From a virus: 64,000 nucleotides of DNA. Below the pieces are notes generated by a model, which was not told the DNA's origin, made no database searches, and saw only the letters and a program-made list of their open reading frames with translations. Below are positions 45,001 to 55,085 of this stretch, in pieces. Position numbers and translations under genes: made by a program. Within the stretch, counting starts at the first letter, position 1; the number at the start of each line of letters is the position of its first letter. The stretch lies in the IMG/VR virus record IMGVR_UViG_3300008448_000045, positions 1 through 64,000 of that record, one strand, 5' to 3'.

Positions 45001-47655
45001 ATGGCAGCTGGAATAGGTAGTAAAATAGAATGGTCAGATTATCAAGCAATTCAAACATTAGCCGCTAAAGTTCTTGGAACTGGTACAGGATCATACGGCT
45101 ATGGACAAACAATATCTAGTAGTGCAACGTCTCAACAGTTTCAAAAAATTACAACACAACAGTGGTTAGATGTTAGAAGAGATATTTTAAGATGCCGTAT
45201 GCACCAAACAGGTGTTGACTATTCGGCAAGTTTAACCTCACCGACTACCGATATAAAATTACAAGAAGCTGATAGACTTGCCTACTTAAATATGGCAACC
45301 CTAGCGGAAACAAATGCTTTAGTAGTAGCATCTACTCAAGCTACTCGAGCAACTATTGTTTCCGCTGTATTTGAAGATACATGGTACACTTCAGTAGGAC
45401 TAACCTATACAGTAGAATTTCCTACGTACGATGACGGCCGGTACTTTTTTAATGCTGGCGGCCAGATTGAAATAAGTTCTAGTAGAGCCGGCGGAACTAG
45501 CCCATCCCCAAAGAATTCAACTTGGTCTACAATGCTTTCTACTATGGGTAATATAATTTTTAATTACACTTCTACTACAAAAACAGGCACAGGCGGAACA
45601 GGATCAACTATTGGATTTTATGATCTTACTACAAGCGATCAAAAAATATTTGAACAAAATGCTCCAACTGGAGGATCTTACTCTTTAAATAAATTTGTTA
45701 TTAATGCTAAAAAGAATGTTAGCGGAACACAAATAATTTTTACTATTCAATATCTTGACCTTGCTACATATACTAATACAACTGTTTTTGGGCCTGGACT
45801 AGGTCCGTACGGTCTAGACGAAGCTGTTGACGGCACACTAACTAATACAGTAAAAACTTATAGAGCTACACAGCCTACTGGTGTAGACAGTGTAGAAGTA
45901 AGCAATCCTTCAATTTTTGTTTCTAATAACTGGTCAATAATTGAAGGAGGTGACGGGTCAACTATAGCACCTAGTGTAGTTATTACTCCTGCAACACTGA
46001 CTAATCCTCAAGTTGAAATTGCATACAATCAAACATTTACAGCTACTGGTGGAACATCTCCGTATACGTGGAGTTATACAGGACAGTTGCCAGCTGGTTT
46101 ATCTTTAAGTACAGGTGGAGTATTGAGTGGTACTCCTGCAACAGCACAGGGCTACAGTTTTGCAATCACCGCCACTGACTCAACTGGATATATTGGAGTT
46201 AAAGGCTATACGGTTACTGTATCACAACCTACAATTACAGTTTCGCCAACATCATTAACTGCTCCTAAAGTAGGAACAAGTTATGGAGTGTCTTTTAGTG
46301 CTACAGGCGGAACCGGACCATATTCTTGGCAAAGTTCGGGAACACTTCCTCCAGGTCTTTCTTTAACTACTGGCGGCGTGTTAAGCGGAATTCCTACAAC
46401 GTCAGGCACATATTCATTTACTATACAAGTGTTTGACAGATTTGCTGCACCTGGCGCAAGAGCCTTTAGTGTAACAGTTGCAGCAGCATCAGTAATTACT
46501 ATATTACCTAGTACAATTTCAAATTCAGCAATGCAAAAAGGTGTTGCTTATTCTCAAACATTTACAGCCAGCGGTGGTACAGCACCGTACTTATGGACAA
46601 GCGGTGGAGCTGTTCCTTCTGGATTATCATTAACTACTGGCGGCGTGTTAAGCGGCACTCCGACAGCAGATACAACATATACATTTACAATTAAGGCTCA
46701 AGATAGTTCAGCAGGAGCATATAGCGCCACAAACAGCTATACTGTCACAGTACAAGCCCCAGTCCTTCCTCCTGTTCCAACAATTACAGTTACACCTACT
46801 ACGCCTAGTACAATGGCTGTCGATTCTGCCTACAGTAGGCAATATTCAGCAACTGGCGGCACCGCACCTTATACATTTAGCCTAGTTAACGTTTTACCAC
46901 CTGGAATAGGATTATCACCAGGCGGCCTTGTAAGCGGCACTCCTAGTTTTGATGCAGGCGGAAAAACTTATAGCTATGGAATACGGGCTACTGATCAAGG
47001 CGGCTATTCTGGAACAAGAGCTGTGTCAATTACAGTTACAGCAGCTCCTCCCCCAACTACTAATATTAGCCCAGCATCGTCTACTGAATATGTGTCCTAT
47101 GGAGATACCTTTAACACCGCTTCAAGTGGTAGTAGCGGATTCCAAGTTAACTGTACAGCAAACTATGGACTAGTTGACATGTCTGGTAGAGTTTTATCAG
47201 GACAAACTGGCGGAACCGCAACAACAAACATTGATCAATTTAGTATTAGTTCTGGTAACTCAAGAACTGTAGTATTAAATTACACACAGGCCAGGGGAAG
47301 TTTACAAAATCCTTGGAAATACTATGCTGATGCAAATACAGGCGGCACTCACGAATTAATAGTCATGCGATCAGCATCAAATATTTCAAGTCCAGCTCCG
47401 GGCAATTATAGTTTACGAGTTGGAGTTGCACAGTCTTTTCAATTTACCGGTTCCGGTGCATATTCGCCGTTTACAAATTGGGAAGTATCTCAAGGAACGT
47501 TGCCAACAGGATTAAATCTTAGCAGCAGCGGGCTTTTATCTGGGACTATTGTTGGATCAGCTGTAAACCAAACTTTTATTTTTAAAGTTAGATCTCTTGA
47601 TAGTGTTGGTGTTTATATGACTGAAGGTACATATACAGTTACCACAACAGCGTAA
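45001..47655 (+). CDS. Paralogous virion protein with five Ig-like repeats (884 aa)
   Basis: N-terminal ~300 aa clearly similar to the 41851 protein (RYFFN.GG.IE, KN.TWS.ML, E.VDGTL); He_PIG-like repeats. Confidence 0.8.
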   Translation: MAAGIGSKIEWSDYQAIQTLAAKVLGTGTGSYGYGQTISSSATSQQFQKITTQQWLDVRRDILRCRMHQTGVDYSASLTSPTTDIKLQEADRLAYLNMATLAETNALVVASTQATRATIVSAVFEDTWYTSVGLTYTVEFPTYDDGRYFFNAGGQIEISSSRAGGTSPSPKNSTWSTMLSTMGNIIFNYTSTTKTGTGGTGSTIGFYDLTTSDQKIFEQNAPTGGSYSLNKFVINAKKNVSGTQIIFTIQYLDLATYTNTTVFGPGLGPYGLDEAVDGTLTNTVKTYRATQPTGVDSVEVSNPSIFVSNNWSIIEGGDGSTIAPSVVITPATLTNPQVEIAYNQTFTATGGTSPYTWSYTGQLPAGLSLSTGGVLSGTPATAQGYSFAITATDSTGYIGVKGYTVTVSQPTITVSPTSLTAPKVGTSYGVSFSATGGTGPYSWQSSGTLPPGLSLTTGGVLSGIPTTSGTYSFTIQVFDRFAAPGARAFSVTVAAASVITILPSTISNSAMQKGVAYSQTFTASGGTAPYLWTSGGAVPSGLSLTTGGVLSGTPTADTTYTFTIKAQDSSAGAYSATNSYTVTVQAPVLPPVPTITVTPTTPSTMAVDSAYSRQYSATGGTAPYTFSLVNVLPPGIGLSPGGLVSGTPSFDAGGKTYSYGIRATDQGGYSGTRAVSITVTAAPPPTTNISPASSTEYVSYGDTFNTASSGSSGFQVNCTANYGLVDMSGRVLSGQTGGTATTNIDQFSISSGNSRTVVLNYTQARGSLQNPWKYYADANTGGTHELIVMRSASNISSPAPGNYSLRVGVAQSFQFTGSGAYSPFTNWEVSQGTLPTGLNLSSSGLLSGTIVGSAVNQTFIFKVRSLDSVGVYMTEGTYTVTTTA

Positions 47656-47680
47656 ATCAATATCCCCAACTATATACCTC

Positions 47681-47709
47681 TTGACAAGCTAATTATTGTA
47701 GTGTACAAT
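47681..47709 (+). promoter_or_regulatory. Sigma70 promoter of the glycosyltransferase cluster
   Basis: TTGACA-17 nt-TACAAT, followed by GGAGG Shine-Dalgarno and ATG 47730. Confidence 0.8.
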
Positions 47710-47729
47710 AGATTGTCTGGAGGTTTCTT

Positions 47730-48080
47730 ATGGATGAAAGAGTTGAAAAAGCATTCTCTGTTGCTAATCATATGGCAACATTATCAAATCAACGAAGAAT
47801 TATTTTAGAAGAATTTAACCAAAAACGGGTATATTATGTTAATGGCGGCACATTTAACATAACCCCGGAGTTGATCAATTTTACTAAAACAACATTAGAT
47901 TTAGGTTATACAACTGACGTTGCATTTATTGATGCAAATAATTTTCCAGTTGTTATTTCAAACGTACAAGAGTTTTTAGATAATATTGTAGGAGTATACT
48001 ACGAAGTTCTTAATGACTATAGTGCTAAGTTTGCAGAATTAAAATCAAAAAGAAAAATAAAGGATATTATTGATCTATGA
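47730..48080 (+). CDS. Hypothetical protein (116 aa)
   Basis: Strong Shine-Dalgarno; translationally coupled to the next gene. Confidence 0.75.
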   Translation: MDERVEKAFSVANHMATLSNQRRIILEEFNQKRVYYVNGGTFNITPELINFTKTTLDLGYTTDVAFIDANNFPVVISNVQEFLDNIVGVYYEVLNDYSAKFAELKSKRKIKDIIDL

Positions 48081-48922
48081 CAGTTGGTGCTGTATTTTTT
48101 GCTCAAAATAACGGTGCAATTGATTATGTAAAATTAGCAAATTTCGCCGCTATTAGAGTAAAAGAATTTTTAGATATACCTGTATCGATAGTTACAGACA
48201 GCCCAGATTGGCTTAATAAATCGTGCCCTAATCATCCTTTTGAAAATATCATTGTTGTTCCAGAAGAAGAAAGTTATAAAAAAGAATTTTATGACGGATC
48301 GCTAACATCAAAACCGTACAATTGGAAAAACTTGTCTAGACCAAAGATATACGAAATTACCCCGTACGAAAAAACACTAGTGCTTGATAGCGATTATATT
48401 ATAAATTCAAATATTTTAAAGATTGCTCTTGACAGAGATGTTGAGTTTCAAATATACAAGAAAAGTTTTGATCTATCTACCTGGAGAGATCCAGCACCAT
48501 TTACAAGAATTAATAGTTATAGTATACCGTTTTATTGGGCAACTGTCTTTATCTTTGAAAAATCTCCAGTTAGCGAAGCATTTTTTGATTTAGTAAACTA
48601 TATAAAGATTAATTGGGTATATTTTAGAATGTTATACAACATAGATCCTCCTATGTTTAGAAATGATTTTGCTTTTAGTATAGCTATTCATATTATGAAT
48701 GGAAAAACTAATGGGGGGTTTGCTACAGAACTCCCTGGGAAAATGACTTATTCTCTTGATCGAGATGTATTAGTAAGTATGAATCAGACAGAAATGAAAT
48801 TTTTAATTGAAAAGAAAGACCATCTTGGAGAATACATCTTAGCTAAAACTAATGGCCTTGATGTACATGTTATGAATAAATTTAGTCTTTCAAGGTGTGT
48901 TGATAGGAGCACAGGTGTCTAA
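48077..48922 (+). CDS. GT-A fold glycosyltransferase-like protein
   Basis: TPYEKTLVLDSDY (DxD) and later ND..F motif. Confidence 0.7.
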   Translation: MTVGAVFFAQNNGAIDYVKLANFAAIRVKEFLDIPVSIVTDSPDWLNKSCPNHPFENIIVVPEEESYKKEFYDGSLTSKPYNWKNLSRPKIYEITPYEKTLVLDSDYIINSNILKIALDRDVEFQIYKKSFDLSTWRDPAPFTRINSYSIPFYWATVFIFEKSPVSEAFFDLVNYIKINWVYFRMLYNIDPPMFRNDFAFSIAIHIMNGKTNGGFATELPGKMTYSLDRDVLVSMNQTEMKFLIEKKDHLGEYILAKTNGLDVHVMNKFSLSRCVDRSTGV

Positions 48923-49748
48923 AGGTTTTTTAGTTTTTGCTCAAAATACCGCTGATGTTGACTATGTTAAACAGGCTTATGCATTAGCCTTGTCTATAAA
49001 ATTTAGTCAAAAACAAATTAACAATATTTCAATTGTAACTAACGAATTGTTAGATGACAAATATCGTTCTGTATTTGATCAAGTAATTCCTATTCCTTGG
49101 GTTAAGGACGGCACACGATATCAGGCCGAGAATAGATGGAAGTTATATCATGCCACGCCATATGAAGAAACTATAGTTCTTGATACTGATATGTTACTAT
49201 TAGAGGACATTAGTAGTTGGTGGGAATATTGCTCTAATCATAATTTAAAATTTTGTTCTAAAATAACTAATCATAAATTAGATCCAATTGTTGATACTAT
49301 ACATAGGAAAGCATTTGTAGTTAATAATTTAACTAGCCCTTATTATGCATTACACTATTTTAAAAAGCATCAGTCTACACACGAATTTTATAAAGTTTTA
49401 GAGTTTGTGTGCAACAATTGGGAGTGGTGCTGGACAAAGTTTGCGCCTAACGAATATCAAAATTGGTTAAGCATGGACCTTGCTGTTGCAATAGCTATAG
49501 AAATTACCGGTAGATATGATTCAGTTGATGATGTTTGTTCTCCGTTAGAGTTTGTTCACATGAAACCTAGTATCCAGCAATGGATAATGACTCCTGGGCA
49601 ATGGCAAGACGGAGTTCAAAGTTTATTAACAAAAAAAGGCGACCTTGTTGTTGGAAATATTAAACAATCAAAGTTGTTTCACTATATCGATAAAAATTTT
49701 ATTACAGCAAAGATACTTGAACGGCTTGAGGATTTAGCAAATGCCTAA
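48915..49748 (+). CDS. GT-A fold glycosyltransferase-like protein (paralog)
   Basis: TPYEETIVLDTDM (DxD) and FVHMK; GTG start at 48915 with AGGAG Shine-Dalgarno. Confidence 0.7.
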   Translation: MSKGFLVFAQNTADVDYVKQAYALALSIKFSQKQINNISIVTNELLDDKYRSVFDQVIPIPWVKDGTRYQAENRWKLYHATPYEETIVLDTDMLLLEDISSWWEYCSNHNLKFCSKITNHKLDPIVDTIHRKAFVVNNLTSPYYALHYFKKHQSTHEFYKVLEFVCNNWEWCWTKFAPNEYQNWLSMDLAVAIAIEITGRYDSVDDVCSPLEFVHMKPSIQQWIMTPGQWQDGVQSLLTKKGDLVVGNIKQSKLFHYIDKNFITAKILERLEDLANA

Positions 49749-50331
49749 TAAAATTAAAGAACCAACTAGATATATTCCTCAGTGTTATGTTTACTATAAC
49801 AAGAAAACAGGAGAGATACTGTCAGTTACTAATAGAAAAGACGATGCTTATGAAAATGGTATTGAAGTAAACTTTGAAGATGTCGAAAAATTTTTAACTG
49901 GCGAATGGCATTTTAGCGACTTCCAAGTTGGATACCATAAAGATTCAAATAAGACAACTATATTATCTATTACAAATGAATTTTCCGGATACTCATTTAA
50001 AAATAATATTTTTGAGTGGATATCTGCATCAAATGAATATGCTGAATGCATAGTTGAATGGAATAGTAAAGACCAAGTATGGAATTTTTTCTTAAGTAAT
50101 GATTTTAAAAGAGAATACAATACAATACTATCCCCAAAGTTAGTATTTTTTGTAACTTTAGAGAATGACCCTGATTTTTTAATAAGGACAGTTTTTATTA
50201 ATACACAAGATCTTTTAAAATTTGATTGTGTCACTGTTCCTTTTGAAAGTACTTTTGAAAAATATATAGATAAAATTTCCATAAGCTCTAAATTAGTGTT
50301 TAAAACTTATAAATTAAAGGTAGTTGAATGA
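49741..50331 (+). CDS. Hypothetical protein (196 aa)
   Basis: Overlap-coupled within the cluster. Confidence 0.7.
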   Translation: MPNKIKEPTRYIPQCYVYYNKKTGEILSVTNRKDDAYENGIEVNFEDVEKFLTGEWHFSDFQVGYHKDSNKTTILSITNEFSGYSFKNNIFEWISASNEYAECIVEWNSKDQVWNFFLSNDFKREYNTILSPKLVFFVTLENDPDFLIRTVFINTQDLLKFDCVTVPFESTFEKYIDKISISSKLVFKTYKLKVVE

Positions 50332-51224
50332 ACAACATTATAAAAATTATTGATCAAGATATCGTATTTTTAAGTTACGATGAACCTAATGCAGAAAAAA
50401 ACTATGCAGATTTATGCAGCAAAGTGCCGTGGGCTAAACGAATTCATGGAGTTAAGGGAAGTGATGCCGCACACAAGGCATGTGCTGCGGTAAGTGAAAC
50501 AGAATATTTTGTTACAGTAGATGCAGATAATATAGTAGATCCAAAATTCTTTGAAGTTGAAATTAATCTAAACGGCCTTGGACTGTCAAGTGATAATGTT
50601 TTTAGTTGGTGCGGCAAGGTACATGTTAATCACCTAATGTATGGCAATGGCGGCCTTAAGCTATGGACTCGCAAGTTTGTAAATGAAATGAAAACTCATG
50701 AGAACAGCGATCCTAATGATGTTAAGGGAAAAGTCGAATTCTGTTTTGATGAGAGATATTATCAGTTTAATGAAAACTACAGTGAGAGCTTTACAAATTC
50801 TACACCATTCCAAGCATGGCGAGCAGGTTTCCGTGAAGGTGTGAAGATGTCGTTAGACCAAGGAGCAAAGATACAAGATGTGCGTAAAGTCTGGTGGCAA
50901 AATTATCAAAGATTACTTATTTGGTGTAATATTGGTGCCGATGTTTCTAACGGCTTTTGGTCAATGCTTGGTGCAAGAGAGGGGTGTTATCTAACTAATT
51001 GCACTGAGTGGGATTATGCAAATGTTAGAGATTTTGAATATCTTACAGAATATTGGAAAGAACATTGGGTTGACAAAGACGATAATTACTCAAAAGAAAA
51101 ATTTTTATTTTTTGGTAATGAGCTAAAAAACAAATGCGGTTTACCTATTTCTAATTTAGATGTAGAAGGTAGTAAGTTTTTTAAGTCAGTTTACAATAAT
51201 ACCCCAAGAATAATTAGAAGATAA
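50328..51224 (+). CDS. GT2-like glycosyltransferase
   Basis: SYDEPNA..NY, GVKG...AH, FVTVDADN (DxD), YG.GG.KL, AWR..FRE..K. Confidence 0.65.
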   Translation: MNNIIKIIDQDIVFLSYDEPNAEKNYADLCSKVPWAKRIHGVKGSDAAHKACAAVSETEYFVTVDADNIVDPKFFEVEINLNGLGLSSDNVFSWCGKVHVNHLMYGNGGLKLWTRKFVNEMKTHENSDPNDVKGKVEFCFDERYYQFNENYSESFTNSTPFQAWRAGFREGVKMSLDQGAKIQDVRKVWWQNYQRLLIWCNIGADVSNGFWSMLGAREGCYLTNCTEWDYANVRDFEYLTEYWKEHWVDKDDNYSKEKFLFFGNELKNKCGLPISNLDVEGSKFFKSVYNNTPRIIRR

Positions 51225-51225
51225 T

Positions 51226-52938
51226 ATGTACGATATCTTTTTTATAGGAAACAATAGCTCAGACTTTGAACAATTAAAGTTACGGTTTCCTACAACAAAA
51301 TATATTCCTGTTGACACAGACATATACGATGCGCTATGTACAGCAGCTAAACGATCTTTTACGAAAATGTTTTGGGTAGTTTGGGATAATTTATTAATTC
51401 AGAATAATTTTAATTTTGACTATAAAGTTCCTGAGTGGGATACTGGATATAATCATATTTTTCGAAATGGTGAATTCTTTGATGGAGTTTGTCTGTTCCC
51501 CAAAAAAATAAAAGTCAGTAAACGAGAAGCTGACTACAGATTCTTTACTAATAAAAAAGAAATTGATATACAAGCTAGCTTTTCAAAACCTTATCAACGA
51601 TTTAAAATTAGTAATTATGATCAGTACCTAGATGCACTTAAGACTAGTGAAACTGACATGTTTTGGTGTGTATGGCCTGAGATTGAAATTTTAGATAATA
51701 GTATATTTAAAACTGTTTTTAGTTTTCACAATACTTACGATCGACAAGAAAATCATGTATGGAAAAACTTATGTAATGAAAACTCTTCATTTATAAGTGG
51801 ATTAACACTATTTTCTAAATTTAAACCTGTCTCAAAAAGAGAAGTAAATTATAAGATGTTGATAAATCGAAAAGAATACGATTTAGCAGTATCAAGGTAT
51901 CGGTATCCAAAATATTTTATCAATACTTACGAAGAATATTTAGAGATACATCAAAAAGAACATCAACCTCTTTTTTGGTGCATATGGCCAGAGATTGAAA
52001 TTTTAGATCAAACAATTTTTGATTTATACTATGATCCGTTAGATGGAACATTTAATTATGATAGAGAAGAAAATCATGTATTTCAAAATCAAGATATTAG
52101 TGAAATAAAATATAACGGTCTAATGTTAATGTCAACTTTAAAATCTCCAGTTTCGAAAAAAGAAATAGATTTTAGATATATTATTAATAAAAAAGAGCAT
52201 CAAACTTTAACAAGCAAATTAAAATTATATGATGTAGTTTTTATCAGCTATAACGAAGCTAATGCAGATCAAAATTATCAATCTTTGCTTAATATCTGTC
52301 CTCGAGCTAAACGAGTTCATGGAGTAAAAGGTATTCATAACGCACACATTGAAGCAGCAAAATTAGTTAGTACTCCTATGTTTTGGGTTGTTGATGCTGA
52401 TGCAATTATAGAAAAAGATTTTAATTTTAATCTTTTGCTTCCACATTATGATAGAGATGTAGTCCATGTTTGGCAAAGTCAAAATCCTATAAATGATTTA
52501 GTATACGGATACGGAGGAGTTAAATTGTTGCCAACTAAGCTAACTTTAAATATGGATGTTAATAATCCTGATATGACAACTAGTATTAGTTCAAAATTTA
52601 AAGCTGTTGACGCTATATCAAATATAACAGTATTCAATACAGATCCGTTTACCACTTGGCGGTCCGCATTTCGAGAGTGTGTAAAGTTATCTTCGAGAAC
52701 TATTGCAGGACAAATTGATAAAGAAACTATTGATCGATTAAACACCTGGTGTACTAAAGGCAAAGAGAAACTTTACGGTGAATTTGCAATTTTAGGCGCA
52801 CTCGCTGGCAGACAGTACGGACATAAAAATGCCGGTAATAAACCGGCACTGATGAGAATTAATAACTATGCTTGGTTACAAGCCGAGTTTAATCGCCAGA
52901 CACAAACTCTCCAGCCATTGGAAATATTTCAGCAATAA
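51226..52938 (+). CDS. Multi-repeat GT2-like protein: three degenerate repeats plus an intact C-terminal domain
   Basis: C-terminal domain parallels the 50328 protein (FWVVDADA); the repeats read FWVVWDN, FWCVWPE and FWCIWPE. Confidence 0.65.
   Translation: MYDIFFIGNNSSDFEQLKLRFPTTKYIPVDTDIYDALCTAAKRSFTKMFWVVWDNLLIQNNFNFDYKVPEWDTGYNHIFRNGEFFDGVCLFPKKIKVSKREADYRFFTNKKEIDIQASFSKPYQRFKISNYDQYLDALKTSETDMFWCVWPEIEILDNSIFKTVFSFHNTYDRQENHVWKNLCNENSSFISGLTLFSKFKPVSKREVNYKMLINRKEYDLAVSRYRYPKYFINTYEEYLEIHQKEHQPLFWCIWPEIEILDQTIFDLYYDPLDGTFNYDREENHVFQNQDISEIKYNGLMLMSTLKSPVSKKEIDFRYIINKKEHQTLTSKLKLYDVVFISYNEANADQNYQSLLNICPRAKRVHGVKGIHNAHIEAAKLVSTPMFWVVDADAIIEKDFNFNLLLPHYDRDVVHVWQSQNPINDLVYGYGGVKLLPTKLTLNMDVNNPDMTTSISSKFKAVDAISNITVFNTDPFTTWRSAFRECVKLSSRTIAGQIDKETIDRLNTWCTKGKEKLYGEFAILGALAGRQYGHKNAGNKPALMRINNYAWLQAEFNRQTQTLQPLEIFQQ
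52825..52849 (-). terminator. Intrinsic terminator of the thyX transcript, embedded in the opposite-strand CDS
   Basis: Minus strand reads GTGCCGGT-TTATT-ACCGGCA-TTTTT, 40 nt past the thyX stop. Confidence 0.6.
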
Positions 52939-53581
52939 CTTGAGCACATGCTCGAGCAACTTCCATATGCTCTTTTTGTGTACCGTTGCCAGAACGTAAT
53001 TGAATAAAGTGAATCCATGAACGTAATGTACCATTCATGTATAAACGACTTACTGTAAGACCTTCTGGTAATACAGCACGAGCTTGTTCTTTAGCGATAC
53101 CGTTATCAATAGCCCATTTATATTCTTGTTTGACTGCAAACAATACACGTTTTTGAGCACGTTCCCATTCGTAAGAAAGTTTTCTTTGAGTTTCGTCTTC
53201 TAAGTCTAATGCTACACTATTTTGTCTATTTTTAGTATCTTGAAAACGAGCTTCTCGTAATACAAACGCATCATCAAGTTCTGCTGTTGGGTCAGCATAA
53301 CGCTGGCTAAATTCTTGGAAACTAAAACTACGATGTCTAAGAATTTGACGAGCAATGTCTCTAGTAGTTGTAATTTCTAAGCAGGCACTTACCATTTCTA
53401 AAGGAGACCAGTGCTGGTGTTTGATTAAGTACCTAATTAGCTTTTCGCTTGTTTCAGTGTTAAATTGGTTGCTTGGATTACTTACTCTAGCACAAAACGC
53501 AATAAGTTCTTGTGCATCGTAAATACCTTCGTCCGCCATATCTCTACTAGCTTTAGAAGAATTAATTAATTTAACTTTCAT
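52889..53581 (-). CDS. thyX: Flavin-dependent thymidylate synthase
   Basis: H.SPLE, RHRSFSFQEFSQRY (RHRx7S), ARAVLP and LRSWIHF..LR motifs. Confidence 0.97.
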   Translation of the reverse strand: MKVKLINSSKASRDMADEGIYDAQELIAFCARVSNPSNQFNTETSEKLIRYLIKHQHWSPLEMVSACLEITTTRDIARQILRHRSFSFQEFSQRYADPTAELDDAFVLREARFQDTKNRQNSVALDLEDETQRKLSYEWERAQKRVLFAVKQEYKWAIDNGIAKEQARAVLPEGLTVSRLYMNGTLRSWIHFIQLRSGNGTQKEHMEVARACAQVIAEIFPMAGEFVSGD

Positions 53582-53902
53582 TTATAATTTTCTTTCTTTT
53601 AGAAATTTATTTGTTGTTTTTTTAACATCTTTTTTGACTCGTTCGGTGTCAAGTTTAAAATCGATATTATCAATTTTGCGTTCATATGTTTTAAAAAGCT
53701 CAGCAAGAGACCTTTCAAAAGAATCCCAACCTTCTTTTTTCGTTTTGGCTGTTACTTTAATTTCCCAAGTCTTGCCGTCTCTGAACGTAATTAGCACAGC
53801 ATGAAGATACCTAAGAGGTACTACTTTGAGTTTTATGTCCTCAAACACTTCTGGCCAACAATCAATGACATCTCTGGGAAGTGATTTCCCTGAGTCTGTC
53901 AC
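53582..53902 (-). CDS. Hypothetical protein (106 aa)
   Basis: Packed ORF in the minus-strand operon. Confidence 0.7.
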   Translation of the reverse strand: MTDSGKSLPRDVIDCWPEVFEDIKLKVVPLRYLHAVLITFRDGKTWEIKVTAKTKKEGWDSFERSLAELFKTYERKIDNIDFKLDTERVKKDVKKTTNKFLKERKL

Positions 53903-54525
53903 GCTACTTCTTTAGCTTTTTTCTTTGTTGGTACTAATTCTTCTGCTTTGCGACGAAGTTCTGCAGCTTGTTTACTAAGTTTGTCTGCTTCGCTTCGGAA
54001 TTGTTTAGCTTGATCTTCTGAAGTTAAATTTACAGATTCGCTAGTAGACTTAGTGTTAGTAGTCTTTGTTGTAGTAGCTGCTGTTGCGTTTTCTGGTACT
54101 TCACTAATTAGCTGTTTCTTTTTATCTTCATCGCTTGGCTGAACATGTAGTTCGTCAACAGCAATGCCTCTTTGTTCTGCTATTAGTTGATTAAGCTCTG
54201 ATAGCACTACCGCTACACCAGGAACTGGAGTCATTTCTACTGCAGTAGTTGGCACTTTAATTAACCGACCTGTTGCATGTAAGTTTGGTAACATTCGACT
54301 TCCGTCTGGAAAGAATGATCGATCTAATGCTTCGCCAAATTCGTAAGATTCCTGTGCCATAGGCCCATCGACTAAATTAATAATTGCATTATGTAATTCG
54401 TCTGGTAGGCTTTCTGTTGCAACAACTAAACAGCTATATGCATCTCCAGGTAAAGTACGAAACGCTACAAGAACTTTTTTTCCTGAAGCTATAATTCTAC
54501 CTACGTGTTTTAAATTTTGGGCCAT
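53899..54525 (-). CDS. Hypothetical protein (208 aa) with a C-terminal coiled coil
   Basis: Packed ORF with GGAGG Shine-Dalgarno. Confidence 0.75.
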   Translation of the reverse strand: MAQNLKHVGRIIASGKKVLVAFRTLPGDAYSCLVVATESLPDELHNAIINLVDGPMAQESYEFGEALDRSFFPDGSRMLPNLHATGRLIKVPTTAVEMTPVPGVAVVLSELNQLIAEQRGIAVDELHVQPSDEDKKKQLISEVPENATAATTTKTTNTKSTSESVNLTSEDQAKQFRSEADKLSKQAAELRRKAEELVPTKKKAKEVA

Positions 54526-54526
54526 A

Positions 54527-54766
54527 TTAGCCTCCTGTTTTATTAGCTTCAGCTTGTTTTGACACTTGGTCTAAAAATGCTGTTAGCTTGTTATATGTTT
54601 GCCCCACGGCCATCATTTCATTTGGTTTAAAAGCACCTCTTGAACTAGCAATATCAATAATCACTTTCATAGCTTGAAGGTCACTAATGCTTAAATCGTT
54701 AGATTCTGCTGCGGGCTGCTGTTGTTCTGTGCCCGCTGGGGCCTGCTTTTCTGTTTGTTCAGACAT
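54527..54766 (-). CDS. Hypothetical protein (79 aa)
   Basis: Start moved to MSEQTEK, preceded by AAGGAG. Confidence 0.7.
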   Translation of the reverse strand: MSEQTEKQAPAGTEQQQPAAESNDLSISDLQAMKVIIDIASSRGAFKPNEMMAVGQTYNKLTAFLDQVSKQAEANKTGG

Positions 54767-54797
54767 AGTCTCTCCTTTGAATAAACTGCTATTATAA

Positions 54798-55085
54798 TTA
54801 TCTCGTTTGTAAATACGGGCAAGCAATCGTGAAGAAACTGAGTTCCTTCTCACTTTCAAACCCTATATTAATTACGTAGACAAACGAGTTAGAATTATCT
54901 AATTCTAATCCTTGGCCAATATAATACCTATTGTTTAGATTATTTTTAATCCAGGAATTAACATTCTTAACTAAACTTGGCGTATATCTATCTATAGAAA
55001 TGTATTTAAAGTGCGGAGCAGCATAATTAACCCTCCGCACTTCAAAATAATTTAATGAATTTGGTTTTCCGTTCTTTAAAGCCAT
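54798..55085 (-). CDS. Hypothetical protein (95 aa)
   Basis: TAATG-coupled to the upstream gene. Confidence 0.7.
   Translation of the reverse strand: MALKNGKPNSLNYFEVRRVNYAAPHFKYISIDRYTPSLVKNVNSWIKNNLNNRYYIGQGLELDNSNSFVYVINIGFESEKELSFFTIACPYLQTR

Noticed and set aside
41851-47655. Diversity-generating retroelement acting on the Ig/fibre genes
   Set aside because: No reverse transcriptase in the window and no ~100-nt repeat pair differing only at adenines was seen.
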